DNA of 64,000 nucleotides from Candidatus Pacearchaeota archaeon (GCA_041659445.1 JBAZYG010000001.1:155068-219067); one strand, 5' to 3'. Shown: positions 28,268 to 37,776, counted from the stretch's first letter. Numbers and translations: made by a program. Notes: generated from the letters alone by a model not told the origin.

Positions 28268-30202
28268 ATGGATAATTATAAAAAAAAGAGGAAATTCAAA
28301 AAGAGGTTTATAATTTTTGGAGTTCTTTTATTAATAATCGCTTTGGTCTTTTTGTTTACTCGAGCTTATCTTTATTTAAATTTCCTTTTGGGAAATGATA
28401 TTGTAATAACTTTAAATGCAGATAAAAGTCATTTTTTTCTTAAACATGGTGAAAGCGAAACTGTTTCTTTAAAATCTCAAACTTTTGCAAATCCTTTTTG
28501 TAGTTTAGAATGCTCTTCAAGTTTTAAAAATTTAAATACTGGAGAAATTCTTGATGAAGATAGTTTTACTTTAAAATCAACTTTATCTTATACTCGAGAA
28601 TACAATCTTACATCAAATAATATAGGGGCAGGTCAAGAGTTTTATAGATTTGAAATTAAATGTAAAAGCATAAAAAAGGTTCTTTGTCAAACAAGTGGTG
28701 AAGAAAAAACAAGAAATATTTTAGTGACTTTGGATTATAATTTGAACGATTATGAACAAGAAATAAAAAATTCTTCTAAAGAGAACATTTCTTTAATATT
28801 TCAAGAAATAAATAATATGCAAGCAAATCTTATAGAAATTAATGATAATTTATTAATTTTAGAAAAAAACGACACATCTAATCTTCTTTTTAATGACATA
28901 AATAATCTTTCTAATTCTATAAATATTTTGAATCAAACTTGTTTTTATCTAATAAATTTATGGGAAAATGAAAGTTATTCAAATCTTGAACAAGAAATGT
29001 TTGGATTTGACGAAGATTTTCAAAAAGTTAAAACTAATTTTGCAAATGTAAATGAAACTTTTTATTTTCTTACTTTTGAAAATAATCTTTTGTTTAACAA
29101 TTTTACTTATGCAAGAGAAGGATTAGAATCTTTAAAACAGCAAAATGTTTCTTTTAATGAAACACTTGAAATCAATTCTTTAATAAGCAAATTTAATCTT
29201 ATTTCAGACAATGAAAGTAATTACAACGAAATTTATGGTTTGATTTTTGAAATAAATAATTTTAATATTAGCGGTGAAAAATGTTGTTATGCTTCTGGTT
29301 TTCTTTCTGAAGTTCCTATTTCTGAAATTTATTTAAATGAAATTAATGAATCTTATTCTCTTATTTTTAATGAAAAAAAACCTGTTTGTTGCTTTTTTGG
29401 AAAGTGCGAAGATTGTTCAAATAATGAAACTAATTATCCAATAGTTTTTGTTCATGGACATAGTTTTAATCATAAAGTTTCTGCAGAATATAGTTTTGAT
29501 TCTTTTGAAGAAATGCAAGAAAAATTAGAAGAAGATGGATTTATCAACGGAGGGACTTTAATTTCTGTTTCAAATTCTGAATCCGAGGGAGTTTTTGGAA
29601 AATTAAATTATCCTTTTACATTTAGAGTGAGTTATTATTTTGATATTTTCAAAAGTTCAGATTCAGTAAAAGTAATTCAAACCAAAAAGGACAATATAGA
29701 TACTTATGCTATTCGTTTGAATGATATTATTGAAGAAATTAAATTTCAAACTGGAAAAGATAAAGTAATAATTATTTCTCATAGCATGGGCGGAATTGTT
29801 TCTAGAAGATATATGCAAATTTTTGGTGAAGATGATGTTTACAAATTTATTAGTATTGGTTCTCCACATCATGGAATAAGTAAAAAAATTTATGATTATT
29901 GTAAATTATTTGGAGCAACAGCAGAATGCGACGATATGAAAGCCGATAGTTTGTTAATAAATAAAATTAATCAAGATATTTTGGAAGTTCCATCTTACAG
30001 CATTATTGGTGTTGGATGTGATATGAATGGTGAGGATGGAGATGGAATTGTCGAGAATTCAACTGCTTACTTGGATTTTGCTCAAAATTATTATATAAAT
30101 GGTTCGTGTCCTGGAAATTTTGAATATTTACATTTGGACATGGTTAAACCAGATAAGTATCCTGATGTTTATGAAATAATTGTAGAGATTTTAAAAGAAT
30201 AA
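28268..30202 (+). CDS. Membrane-anchored extracellular protein with a C-terminal alpha/beta-hydrolase lipase/esterase domain (Bacillus LipA/class-2-lipase-like).
   Basis: N-terminal TM (FIIFGVLLLIIALVFLF). About 380 aa of sequon-rich domain. Then PIVFVHGH (oxyanion region), GxSxG nucleophile ISHSMGG, and IGSPHHG, collinear with LipA-type lipases. Confidence 0.65.
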   Translation: MDNYKKKRKFKKRFIIFGVLLLIIALVFLFTRAYLYLNFLLGNDIVITLNADKSHFFLKHGESETVSLKSQTFANPFCSLECSSSFKNLNTGEILDEDSFTLKSTLSYTREYNLTSNNIGAGQEFYRFEIKCKSIKKVLCQTSGEEKTRNILVTLDYNLNDYEQEIKNSSKENISLIFQEINNMQANLIEINDNLLILEKNDTSNLLFNDINNLSNSINILNQTCFYLINLWENESYSNLEQEMFGFDEDFQKVKTNFANVNETFYFLTFENNLLFNNFTYAREGLESLKQQNVSFNETLEINSLISKFNLISDNESNYNEIYGLIFEINNFNISGEKCCYASGFLSEVPISEIYLNEINESYSLIFNEKKPVCCFFGKCEDCSNNETNYPIVFVHGHSFNHKVSAEYSFDSFEEMQEKLEEDGFINGGTLISVSNSESEGVFGKLNYPFTFRVSYYFDIFKSSDSVKVIQTKKDNIDTYAIRLNDIIEEIKFQTGKDKVIIISHSMGGIVSRRYMQIFGEDDVYKFISIGSPHHGISKKIYDYCKLFGATAECDDMKADSLLINKINQDILEVPSYSIIGVGCDMNGEDGDGIVENSTAYLDFAQNYYINGSCPGNFEYLHLDMVKPDKYPDVYEIIVEILKE

Positions 30203-30209
30203 ATTTATT

Positions 30210-30647
30210 TTATAAAATATGATTAAGCAATATTAATTTTTTATTTTCTATATCTGCTTGTAATCTTCTTATTCTACCTGGTTGTGCTAAATTCAATATT
30301 CCTCTATTTGCATCAAAAATATCTTTTAAATAGGGATATATCTCTTCTTTGTCTTTTTCAACTAAATTTGTAAAATAATTTAATACATTTCCAGTATAAC
30401 TTTCATTTTTTAATTCCTTAATTTTATTTAAAGGCATGAAATTGCCATTTTGAAATTCAATCCATTCCTTTGGAAATTCATCCACAAGTTTTCTTTCAAT
30501 CATGTATGGCTTAAGCAACTCTTCATTTGTAACGTCCAAATTAATTTCAAGTTTTCTAATTGGAATTGTACCTGAATTAATTATATCTCTCATATGTTTT
30601 TCATTGAGGTTGAAAGGTCCAATACGAGTGATTGGTTGATTTGTCAT
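30210..30647 (-). CDS. Hypothetical protein (145 aa).
   Basis: ORF only. Confidence 0.4.
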   Translation of the reverse strand: MTNQPITRIGPFNLNEKHMRDIINSGTIPIRKLEINLDVTNEELLKPYMIERKLVDEFPKEWIEFQNGNFMPLNKIKELKNESYTGNVLNYFTNLVEKDKEEIYPYLKDIFDANRGILNLAQPGRIRRLQADIENKKLILLNHIL

Positions 30648-30697
30648 GATATATCTATTTTAAAATGATTTAAAAAGATTCTTGTTCCATAAAATAT

Positions 30698-32077
30698 ATG
30701 TTGAAACCAGATAAATCTAAAGGCGAAGTGCGAAAACCGACGAAAACAATTTCAGGAATAACTCCTGTTGCAGTTATGTTGCCTCCTCGTGCGTGCGAGC
30801 ATGGGGGTTGTGTTTATTGCCCAAATTTAGGCGTGCCTCAAAGTTATACTCCTAAAAGTCCTGTTGTAATGAGAGCGAGGGAAGTAGAATATGATTCTTT
30901 TAAGCAAGTTCAGGCAAGACTAGAGGCTTTTAAAATTATGAATCATCCTACAGATAAAATTGAGATTATAATTATGGGTGGAACTTTTTTAGAATATCCT
31001 GAATCTTTTCAAAATAATTTTATTAAAGGAATTTATGATGGATTAAATTTTAAAAAATCAAAAAATTTGAGTGAGGCTAAAAAAATAAATGAAACAACAA
31101 AACATAGATGTGTTGCTTTATGTGTTGAAACTCGTCCAGATAAATGTATTAAGTTTATTGATAGAATGCGAGAATGGGGAGTTACAAGAGTTGAGTTAGG
31201 TGTTCAGATTATTGACGATAAAATTTACAAATTAGTTAATAGAGGACATAAAGTTGAAGATGTAGTCCGAGCTACAGAATCTTTGAAAAATGCAGGTTTT
31301 AAAATTGGATATCATATAATGCCTGGATTGCCTGGAAGTAATTTGAAAAAAGATTTAGAGTTATTTAAAAAATTATTTTCAGATGAAAGATTTAAACCTG
31401 ACCAGTTGAAAATTTATCCTTGTCAAGTTATGCCTGGTTCTGTATTAGAAAATTGGTATTGGACAGGAAAATACAAACCATATACAAAAGAGCAAATTGA
31501 AAAAATTTTAATTGAAATGTTAAAAAAAGTTCCAAGATATTGCAGAGTTATGAGAGTAATGAGAGAAATTCCTCCAGAATATATTGTCGCTGGAACAAAA
31601 AATATTGATTTAAGAGCAGATATTGAAAAAGAATTACGAAATAAAAAATTTCAATTAAAAGAAATTCGTTATCGAGAAATTGGGTTTGCATTAAAAGAAA
31701 ATAAGAAATTTGATAAGAATTTAAAATTAAAAATTACAAAATATAATGCTAGTAATGGAAAAGAATATTTTTTAGAAATTATCAATAAAGATGATTTTTT
31801 GTTTGGTTTGTTAAGATTGAGAATTTTTAAAGAAAATAAAATAAAAAAAGCAATTGTTCGAGAACTTCATGTTTATGGCCCGTCTTTAAGATTAGGTGAA
31901 AAAGGAAAAGTTTCTCAGCATTCTGGTTTAGGGAAGTGGTTGTTAGAAGAAGCTGAAAAAATTGTGGAAAAAAATAAAATAAAAAAATTAAATATTATTT
32001 CTGGGATTGGAGTTAGAGAATATTACAAAAAGTTGGGTTATGAATTAGAAAAAGAATATATGGTTAAATATTTATAA
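30698..32077 (+). CDS. elp3: Elongator Elp3-like tRNA uridine(34) acetyltransferase (radical SAM + GNAT).
   Basis: Cys cluster CEHGGCVYCP (radical SAM). C-terminal GNAT ...RELHVYGPSLRLGE...QHSGLGKWLLEEAEKIV...ISGIGVREYYKKLGYELEKEYMVKYL, closely Elp3-like. 459 aa, a short-form Elp3. Confidence 0.85.
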   Translation: MLKPDKSKGEVRKPTKTISGITPVAVMLPPRACEHGGCVYCPNLGVPQSYTPKSPVVMRAREVEYDSFKQVQARLEAFKIMNHPTDKIEIIIMGGTFLEYPESFQNNFIKGIYDGLNFKKSKNLSEAKKINETTKHRCVALCVETRPDKCIKFIDRMREWGVTRVELGVQIIDDKIYKLVNRGHKVEDVVRATESLKNAGFKIGYHIMPGLPGSNLKKDLELFKKLFSDERFKPDQLKIYPCQVMPGSVLENWYWTGKYKPYTKEQIEKILIEMLKKVPRYCRVMRVMREIPPEYIVAGTKNIDLRADIEKELRNKKFQLKEIRYREIGFALKENKKFDKNLKLKITKYNASNGKEYFLEIINKDDFLFGLLRLRIFKENKIKKAIVRELHVYGPSLRLGEKGKVSQHSGLGKWLLEEAEKIVEKNKIKKLNIISGIGVREYYKKLGYELEKEYMVKYL

Positions 32078-32097
32078 TTGAACTTAATTAATATTTT

Positions 32098-32505
32098 ATG
32101 GATTATATTGTTGCATCTGGTCCTGTAATTATTGAAAATGGGAAATTATTAGTCAATAAAGATAATAGGGATGATTTTTACAAACTTCCTGGAGGAAAAA
32201 TAGAAGAGGGAGTTGAAAATTTAGAAGATGCTTGTAAAAGAGAAACAGAAGAAGAAATTAATGGAAAAATTGAGATAATAAAACCATTAAGTCCCATGGT
32301 GTTATGGAAAAATCCACAAACAGGAGAGAAAATGTGCATTTTGCTAATTCATTATTTATCTAAATTAAAAAATAAATCTGAGATTAAACCAATTTCTCCA
32401 ATAAAGGAAATTAAATGGCTTGATATTAAAGAAATTAAGCAAGGTAAATATATTGTTGCTCCAAATATTAAATTCTTAATTGAAAAAGGTGAGATTAATC
32501 TCTAG
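32098..32505 (+). CDS. NUDIX hydrolase.
   Basis: Nudix box GGKIEEGVENLEDACKRETEEEING matches Gx5Ex7REUxEExGU. Confidence 0.8.
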   Translation: MDYIVASGPVIIENGKLLVNKDNRDDFYKLPGGKIEEGVENLEDACKRETEEEINGKIEIIKPLSPMVLWKNPQTGEKMCILLIHYLSKLKNKSEIKPISPIKEIKWLDIKEIKQGKYIVAPNIKFLIEKGEINL

Positions 32506-32707
32506 AATCACTATAAAATTTTTTCCAATTTTCAAATGAAAGAGGGTTAAGGTCTTGTTCACTTCTAACAAAATATTGACGTGGAGTTGGTCCGTGATTA
32601 TTCCATTCTCTTTTTCTTATAAGGAATTCCTCTCTTTTTGCAATTTGGTCAATATAATAATCCATATAATTCTTTAGTAAATTTAATTCTATTTGAAATT
32701 CTTCCAT
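32495..32707 (-). CDS. Small hypothetical protein (70 aa). Uncertain.
   Basis: ORF in an otherwise empty interval. Confidence 0.25.
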   Translation of the reverse strand: MEEFQIELNLLKNYMDYYIDQIAKREEFLIRKREWNNHGPTPRQYFVRSEQDLNPLSFENWKKFYSDSRD

Positions 32708-32840
32708 AAAAATAATGTTAGTTGGAAGTTTATAAAGATTATTATTTTAAATTTTTATTCTAATTTGCATTAATAAATTAAATTAATAATATACAATTTA
32801 GGACACATATCTTTATTAATAAAACTTGATGTTTGGTTAA

Positions 32841-33245
32841 ATGAGCTTTGAAGACATTTTAAAAAGAAATCCTAATTTAACACTTAAAGATTTACAAGAA
32901 CTTCAGAGAGATTATGATAATAGATTTGTAATTCAAAAAGGTTTTTCTGGTTTTAATAAAGTTAGACATACCTATGCTCATATTGGAAAATTAGTTGGGA
33001 GATTAGCAGATTATATTCATGATATGGAAGAAAATTCAAAAAATGTTTCTGAAGAAGATATTAAAAATAAAGTAATACCTGATTTGTTAGTATATTCTGC
33101 TTGGCTTGCTGAGGAATTTAATGTTGATATGGAACAAGCATATCTTAAAAGATTTATTGAGAATTTAAAAAGATTATATTCTGAAAAAGTTTCACCAAAT
33201 GAAATTCAATCGCTTGAGAATTGTATAAAAGAAAAATTTAAATAA
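32841..33245 (+). CDS. Hypothetical protein, possibly a MazG-like all-alpha NTP pyrophosphohydrolase fold.
   Basis: Weak resemblance (…IPDLLVYSAWLAEEFNVDMEQAYLKRF…). Low confidence. Confidence 0.35.
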   Translation: MSFEDILKRNPNLTLKDLQELQRDYDNRFVIQKGFSGFNKVRHTYAHIGKLVGRLADYIHDMEENSKNVSEEDIKNKVIPDLLVYSAWLAEEFNVDMEQAYLKRFIENLKRLYSEKVSPNEIQSLENCIKEKFK

Positions 33246-34098
33246 GATTTAATTTTTTGATACATTCGTTTCCTTTTTTTATGCCTTCTTTATAAAAATT
33301 GTATAATTTATCTTTATCTGTCGTTAGTTGCGATATATTATATGGAGGTTCTATAAAATATACATTTTTTTGTTTTTTTATTTTATTTATATTCGTTGGT
33401 TTTTTTATCTTTTTTAAGAGATACTTAATTCCAAAATATCTTGTTTCTAATATAATTCTTATAAAATTATATGGGATGTCTTTGAAATCTTGTAATAAAC
33501 TTATTTTTTTATTTAAAGCAATAATTATTCTTTTGTTTGGATATTTTTCAATTATTTCATTAATATTCAATCCATCTATTATTTGCCCATCAAAAAATTT
33601 TATTTTTTTAGAACTTGCATACGGAACTGCACTAGAAGCTTCTTTTAATTTTTTTAACATATCTTTTTTACCATTTACCCATTTTACTTCCATTTTTCTT
33701 GGGTTAAATAATTTAATCCAAAATTCTATTTTGGATTTTTCTATTTTATCTTGATTTAATTTTGTTTTTGTTTTTTCAATATTTTTCAAATATTCTAGAT
33801 TTAAAATATCTAAAGTTTTCTTTTTAATAAAAAATCTTTTTATTTTGTGTACCATTTTTTTAAAAGAAAGAGTTTTAATAAATTTGTTTTTTATTGTTAA
33901 ATCCTCATAGTAAACTTTTGCACCATTTTTTGCATTTTCTGATAAAAAGTATGCTCCGTTATGAGCTCCTGCAGATATTCCATAAATGCTATGGATGTGT
34001 TGATAAATATTTTTTTCTTGAAAACTTACTACAATTCCTGCTCCAAAGACACCTTCCATTGCTCCACCATCCAAGATAAGAATAACATCTCTTTTCAT
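33238..34098 (-). CDS. Patatin-like phospholipase domain protein.
   Basis: ILDGGAMEGVFGAGIV (glycine-rich oxyanion region). GxSxG nucleophile GISAG. 286 aa. Confidence 0.7.
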   Translation of the reverse strand: MKRDVILILDGGAMEGVFGAGIVVSFQEKNIYQHIHSIYGISAGAHNGAYFLSENAKNGAKVYYEDLTIKNKFIKTLSFKKMVHKIKRFFIKKKTLDILNLEYLKNIEKTKTKLNQDKIEKSKIEFWIKLFNPRKMEVKWVNGKKDMLKKLKEASSAVPYASSKKIKFFDGQIIDGLNINEIIEKYPNKRIIIALNKKISLLQDFKDIPYNFIRIILETRYFGIKYLLKKIKKPTNINKIKKQKNVYFIEPPYNISQLTTDKDKLYNFYKEGIKKGNECIKKLNLI

Positions 34099-34099
34099 C

Positions 34100-34930
34100 T
34101 TAAATTTTAATATTTCCTTTTTGCCAATCTTTTAAAATTAATCTGGCTGTTTTGTCTTCGTCGACAAATCCACCTTTTTTTAAAAATCCTCTGGATTTTC
34201 CAAGTTTTTCAATTAAATATTCTGAATTTCCATTTGCATTTATTTTGTAATATTTTTCTAAAATTTCTGGATATTTCTCCATAATGCTTTGAACCACAAG
34301 TTCAGGATCTTTTACTTGAGTATAAGAACGACCTCCAGCAATTGTTTGTTCTGAAATTTTGTCTTTTTGTTCTTGAGAATATTTTTCTTTTGGAATTACT
34401 CCTGGACTGTCAATTAAAACAATATTTTCAGTTAATTTTATTTTTTGAATTCCTTTTGTGAATCCTGCTTCAGAACCAACTCCTGCAGAACTTTTTCCAA
34501 TTAAAATATTTAAAAGAGAACTTTTTCCAGTATTTGGATAACCAATAACTCCGACGAAAACTTTTTTATTTTCTTCTAAAGGAATTTTTTTTGAAAGTTT
34601 TTTAATCAAATCTCTTAAATTTTTAATTCCTTTTCTATCTTTACAAGATACTAAAATTTTTGGGGTTAAATTTTTGTAACCATAAGTTTTTTTATTTATT
34701 ACTAAATCAGATTTATTTAAGACATAAACTAAAATTTTTTTTCTCTTTTTTATTTCTTCTTCAATTTCCAAATTCCTTGTTTCTTCAGGAAATCTTGCAT
34801 CAAGTATTTCTAAGATTATGTCTGAACTTTCTATTATTTTTTCGTGCAATTCAGAATATTTTGATTTTTGCTTTTTTATTTTATCTATATGCCTATTTCT
34901 TCTAGAAGAAAAACTATATCTTGGTCTCAT
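34100..34930 (-). CDS. Circularly permuted GTPase (YlqF/RbgA/Nug1-like ribosome-biogenesis GTPase family).
   Basis: G4 (VLNKSDL) precedes G1 (GVIGYPNTGKSSLLN), G2 and G3. Basic N-terminus. Confidence 0.7.
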   Translation of the reverse strand: MRPRYSFSSRRNRHIDKIKKQKSKYSELHEKIIESSDIILEILDARFPEETRNLEIEEEIKKRKKILVYVLNKSDLVINKKTYGYKNLTPKILVSCKDRKGIKNLRDLIKKLSKKIPLEENKKVFVGVIGYPNTGKSSLLNILIGKSSAGVGSEAGFTKGIQKIKLTENIVLIDSPGVIPKEKYSQEQKDKISEQTIAGGRSYTQVKDPELVVQSIMEKYPEILEKYYKINANGNSEYLIEKLGKSRGFLKKGGFVDEDKTARLILKDWQKGNIKI

Positions 34931-35019
34931 TCTTTTATTACGTTTAATGGGTTTTTAGAATTTTTGTAATAAGAAGCTTTAAGAATTTCAAGAAATTTAT
35001 TTAACATATAAACTTAATC

Positions 35020-35727
35020 ATGTTAAGCATAATTATTCCTACAAAAAATGAAGGAAAGTATTTGGGTCTTTTACTAAAATCAATTAAAAATCAAAGTTTT
35101 AAAAATTTTGAAATTATTGTTGCAGATGCAAATTCAAAGGATAATACTAAAGAAATAGCTAAAAAGTATGGTTGCAAGATTGTAAAAGGTGGTATGCCTT
35201 GGACAGGAAGAAATAACGGTGCAAAAATTGCTGAAGGAGACTTCTTTGTTTTTATAGATGCAGATGTTGTTTTACCTGAAAAAAATTTTGTTGAAAATTG
35301 TTTGAAAGAAATTTCTGAAAGAAATTTGGATGTTGCTGGAGTTTTATTAAAACCAAGGATAGATAAAAAAAAGCATCTTTTGTTTTTTTACAAATTAATA
35401 TATTCTTTTTTGAATTTTTTGATGAAGATTTCTCAAAACTCTAAATCTCCTTTAATGCAAAATTGTATGTTTTCTAAAAAAAATATTTATACTAAAATTA
35501 ATGGTTTTGATGAAACTCTTGTATATGCAGAAGATTCGGATTATGCTAGACGAGCAGTTAATAAAATTCATGCTAAGTTTGGAATAATAAATAAAAAGAT
35601 TTATGTTTCAACAAGAAGACTTGAAGAAAAAGGATTTAAACTTATTTTTAAAGTAATTTATATGGCAATTTTGAGAAATTTTAAGGAATTAAGAAAAAAA
35701 AATTCTAAAATTAGATATTTTGATTAA
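35020..35727 (+). CDS. Family 2 glycosyltransferase.
   Basis: MLSIIIPTKNEGKYLGLLLKSIKNQSFKNFEIIVADANSKDNT..., DAD and DxD-like (FIDADV) motifs. Confidence 0.85.
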   Translation: MLSIIIPTKNEGKYLGLLLKSIKNQSFKNFEIIVADANSKDNTKEIAKKYGCKIVKGGMPWTGRNNGAKIAEGDFFVFIDADVVLPEKNFVENCLKEISERNLDVAGVLLKPRIDKKKHLLFFYKLIYSFLNFLMKISQNSKSPLMQNCMFSKKNIYTKINGFDETLVYAEDSDYARRAVNKIHAKFGIINKKIYVSTRRLEEKGFKLIFKVIYMAILRNFKELRKKNSKIRYFD

Positions 35728-36176
35728 AGCTCTTTTTTTGTCATTTTTGACAAAATATATCTATATAAATTAATTGAAATTAAGAAAAATAAAAAAGATA
35801 GCAATTGCGATAATGCAATTGAGTATACTTCTTTGTAATTTTCTAATAAGAGATGTTTTGAGATTGTAAAAAGTGAAGGATAATAAATCAAACAAGTTAA
35901 TAGAAATGCTGCCGGCGTAAAGTATAATATATCTTGTCCGAATTTTTTTCTTGAAAATTCTTTTCTGGTAAATTTATCATATATTCTTGTGCATGTCCAA
36001 AAAAGAGAAGCCCCTATAATTGAACCTAATACAATTAAACCTGAAATCCAATTTACTGAAATATTTGTTTTTGAAAAAACATATCCAAATATTTGGGCTC
36101 CAAAAATTGCTCCGATTTCTCCGAAAATTATTTCTTTATTAAAATTAAAAAAGGATTTTGAAATTTTCATGTTCAA
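35724..36176 (-). CDS. Hypothetical membrane protein (150 aa).
   Basis: About four TM helices. Confidence 0.45.
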   Translation of the reverse strand: MNMKISKSFFNFNKEIIFGEIGAIFGAQIFGYVFSKTNISVNWISGLIVLGSIIGASLFWTCTRIYDKFTRKEFSRKKFGQDILYFTPAAFLLTCLIYYPSLFTISKHLLLENYKEVYSIALSQLLSFLFFLISINLYRYILSKMTKKEL

Positions 36177-36418
36177 TCTTTTTTAAGAATTCCTTTTATC
36201 TTTATTGGAACATATTTTTTTATTTTTAATTCAGATTCAGGAATTTCCTTAGAATAAAAAATTTGTTTTAAATTAAAAACAAGTTTATTTTCGTCTTCTG
36301 TCGCGATTTTAAATAATTCTCCTTTTATCCACATTATCTTTCCTTTGTAGTCCAATTCTCTACCATAATGTTTTATCTTAAGAAGATAACATTTTTTTTC
36401 TTCAATTTTTTTAACCAT
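36173..36418 (-). CDS. Hypothetical protein (81 aa).
   Basis: ORF in a co-directional run, 4-nt overlap. Confidence 0.35.
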   Translation of the reverse strand: MVKKIEEKKCYLLKIKHYGRELDYKGKIMWIKGELFKIATEDENKLVFNLKQIFYSKEIPESELKIKKYVPIKIKGILKKD

Positions 36419-36440
36419 ATTATTTTTGATGTTTTGTTGT

Positions 36441-36938
36441 TTAAATATTTTGGGAATGGTTTTTTAATTTTTTTGAGAGTATGTAATAAAAATCTTGATA
36501 TTGTGTTCTTATTTTCATAGTTCTTCTTAACATGTAGTCTGTTCCGAAATAAGGGTAATTATCTAAAATATCAAATATAATCCACATTGGCCAGCATTTA
36601 ACCATAATTTTGTATATATCTTCTTTAGTTTTAGCACTTTTAGATTCTTCAATTAATTCAAAATACTTTTCACACATTTTATTAAATAATTTTTCGGTTA
36701 ATTTTTCTTTTAATGCCTTGTCTAATTCTTCACATTCTTTAAGATTATTATAAGATGTAACACTACCGTTATTAAATATAAATTTGGTTTTATACATTCC
36801 AACCCCCAACCATTTTTTTAACTCATCTCCTGAACCTTGTTTCCAGATTTGAACATCTAACTTAGTAAATCCGATTTTTGTGCAATCATAACCATATTCC
36901 TCATTATTTTTTATATCTTGTTTTTCTTCATTTTCCAT
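36441..36938 (-). CDS. Hypothetical protein (165 aa).
   Basis: ORF only. Confidence 0.4.
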   Translation of the reverse strand: MENEEKQDIKNNEEYGYDCTKIGFTKLDVQIWKQGSGDELKKWLGVGMYKTKFIFNNGSVTSYNNLKECEELDKALKEKLTEKLFNKMCEKYFELIEESKSAKTKEDIYKIMVKCWPMWIIFDILDNYPYFGTDYMLRRTMKIRTQYQDFYYILSKKLKNHSQNI

Positions 36939-37000
36939 TTTACTTATATTTTTTTAAATGTATTATTTTTAATATTTTATTGTTTAAATATTTTGAGAAA

Positions 37001-37378
37001 TTACCATAGCTTTTTATGACAAGTTTTACATCTGACGTCGATTTGTTTTCCAAATAAACCCGATATTTCTGGGAATTTTTTGCATATTTTTGGTTTTATT
37101 TTTTCTAATGAACATTCTGTTATGTTGCCTTTAAATTTTAAAAATTGGCAATATTTATTTTTTCTTTTAATATATCCATGCTTTGTAATAAAATCCGAAT
37201 ATCCTGCTTTTTTTATTTTTTTAATTTCTTCTTTTGATAATTTTACTTTTAATCCACAGCACAATCCGCATCTTAAGCACTTGAATTTTTTTCTTGCAAG
37301 GACATACGGACGAATAAATAAAACATAAAGATAAAAAAGAATCATTAAGAATAAAATTATATTTATTAATACATTCAT
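37001..37378 (-). CDS. YkgJ/UPF0153-type CxxCxxCC zinc/iron-chelating domain protein with an N-terminal TM helix.
   Basis: CLRCGLCCG motif plus distal Cys residues (CQF..., CKTC). Confidence 0.55.
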   Translation of the reverse strand: MNVLINIILFLMILFYLYVLFIRPYVLARKKFKCLRCGLCCGLKVKLSKEEIKKIKKAGYSDFITKHGYIKRKNKYCQFLKFKGNITECSLEKIKPKICKKFPEISGLFGKQIDVRCKTCHKKLW

Positions 37379-37415
37379 CTTATTTATTAGAATTCTTTTA
37401 TTATAAATTTAACCA

Positions 37416-37488
37416 TGCCCCGTCCGGGATTCGGACCCGGGTTCCAGCCTTGAAAGGGCTGTGTCCTTGGCCTCTAGACTAACGGGGC
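37416..37488 (-). tRNA. tRNA-Glu (anticodon TTC), 73 nt, no encoded CCA.
   Basis: Hand fold: acceptor GCCCCGT/ACGGGGC, D-arm GTCT-AGAGGCCAA-GGAC, anticodon arm CAGCC-CTTTCAA-GGCTG, variable GAAC, T-arm CCGGG-TCCGAAT-CCCGG, discriminator A. The T-loop reads TCCGAAT (C at position 55 instead of the near-universal U), which is unusual. Confidence 0.75.
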
Positions 37489-37591
37489 GTAAAATTAATT
37501 GTTTGAGTTAGTTTAAAAAAGTAACTATGCTTGTTATTTTTCCCTAATAATAACTTTTAAATATGTAAATTTGTTTGGAAAAATGTTAAAT

Positions 37592-37615
37592 GAGCCTGTA
37601 GCTCAGCCTGGTTAG
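37592..37615 (+). repeat. 24-nt exact duplicate of the 5' end of the downstream tRNA-Ile gene (gagcctgtagctcagcctggttag).
   Basis: Identical to 37654-37677 (acceptor 5' strand plus D-arm). Separated from the gene by 38 nt. Confidence 0.7.
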
Positions 37616-37653
37616 GTTGAATTAAATTTGTCATTAACCATTCTGAGTTGAAC

Positions 37654-37776
37654 GAGCCTGTAGCTCAGCCTGGTTAGAGCACCGCTCTTATATGAATGTT
37701 GCTTTCAAAAAGCAATATCCTTTCTGGATTAGTCTAAGAAAGGCGGGGGTCCTCGGTTCAAATCCGAGCAGGCTCA
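37654..37776 (+). tRNA. tRNA-Ile (anticodon TAT, reads AUA) with a 48-nt intron at the canonical 37/38 position (intron 37693-37740).
   Basis: Hand fold: acceptor GAGCCTG/CAGGCTC, D-arm GCTC-AGCCTGGTTA-GAGC, anticodon stem CCGCT/GGCGG, exon loop C-T-TAT-A|A, variable GGGTC, T-arm CTCGG-TTCAAAT-CCGAG, discriminator A. BHB-like motif: 4-bp helix CTTA/TAAG flanked by 3-nt bulges TAT and AAA. Mature length 75 nt. Confidence 0.8.
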
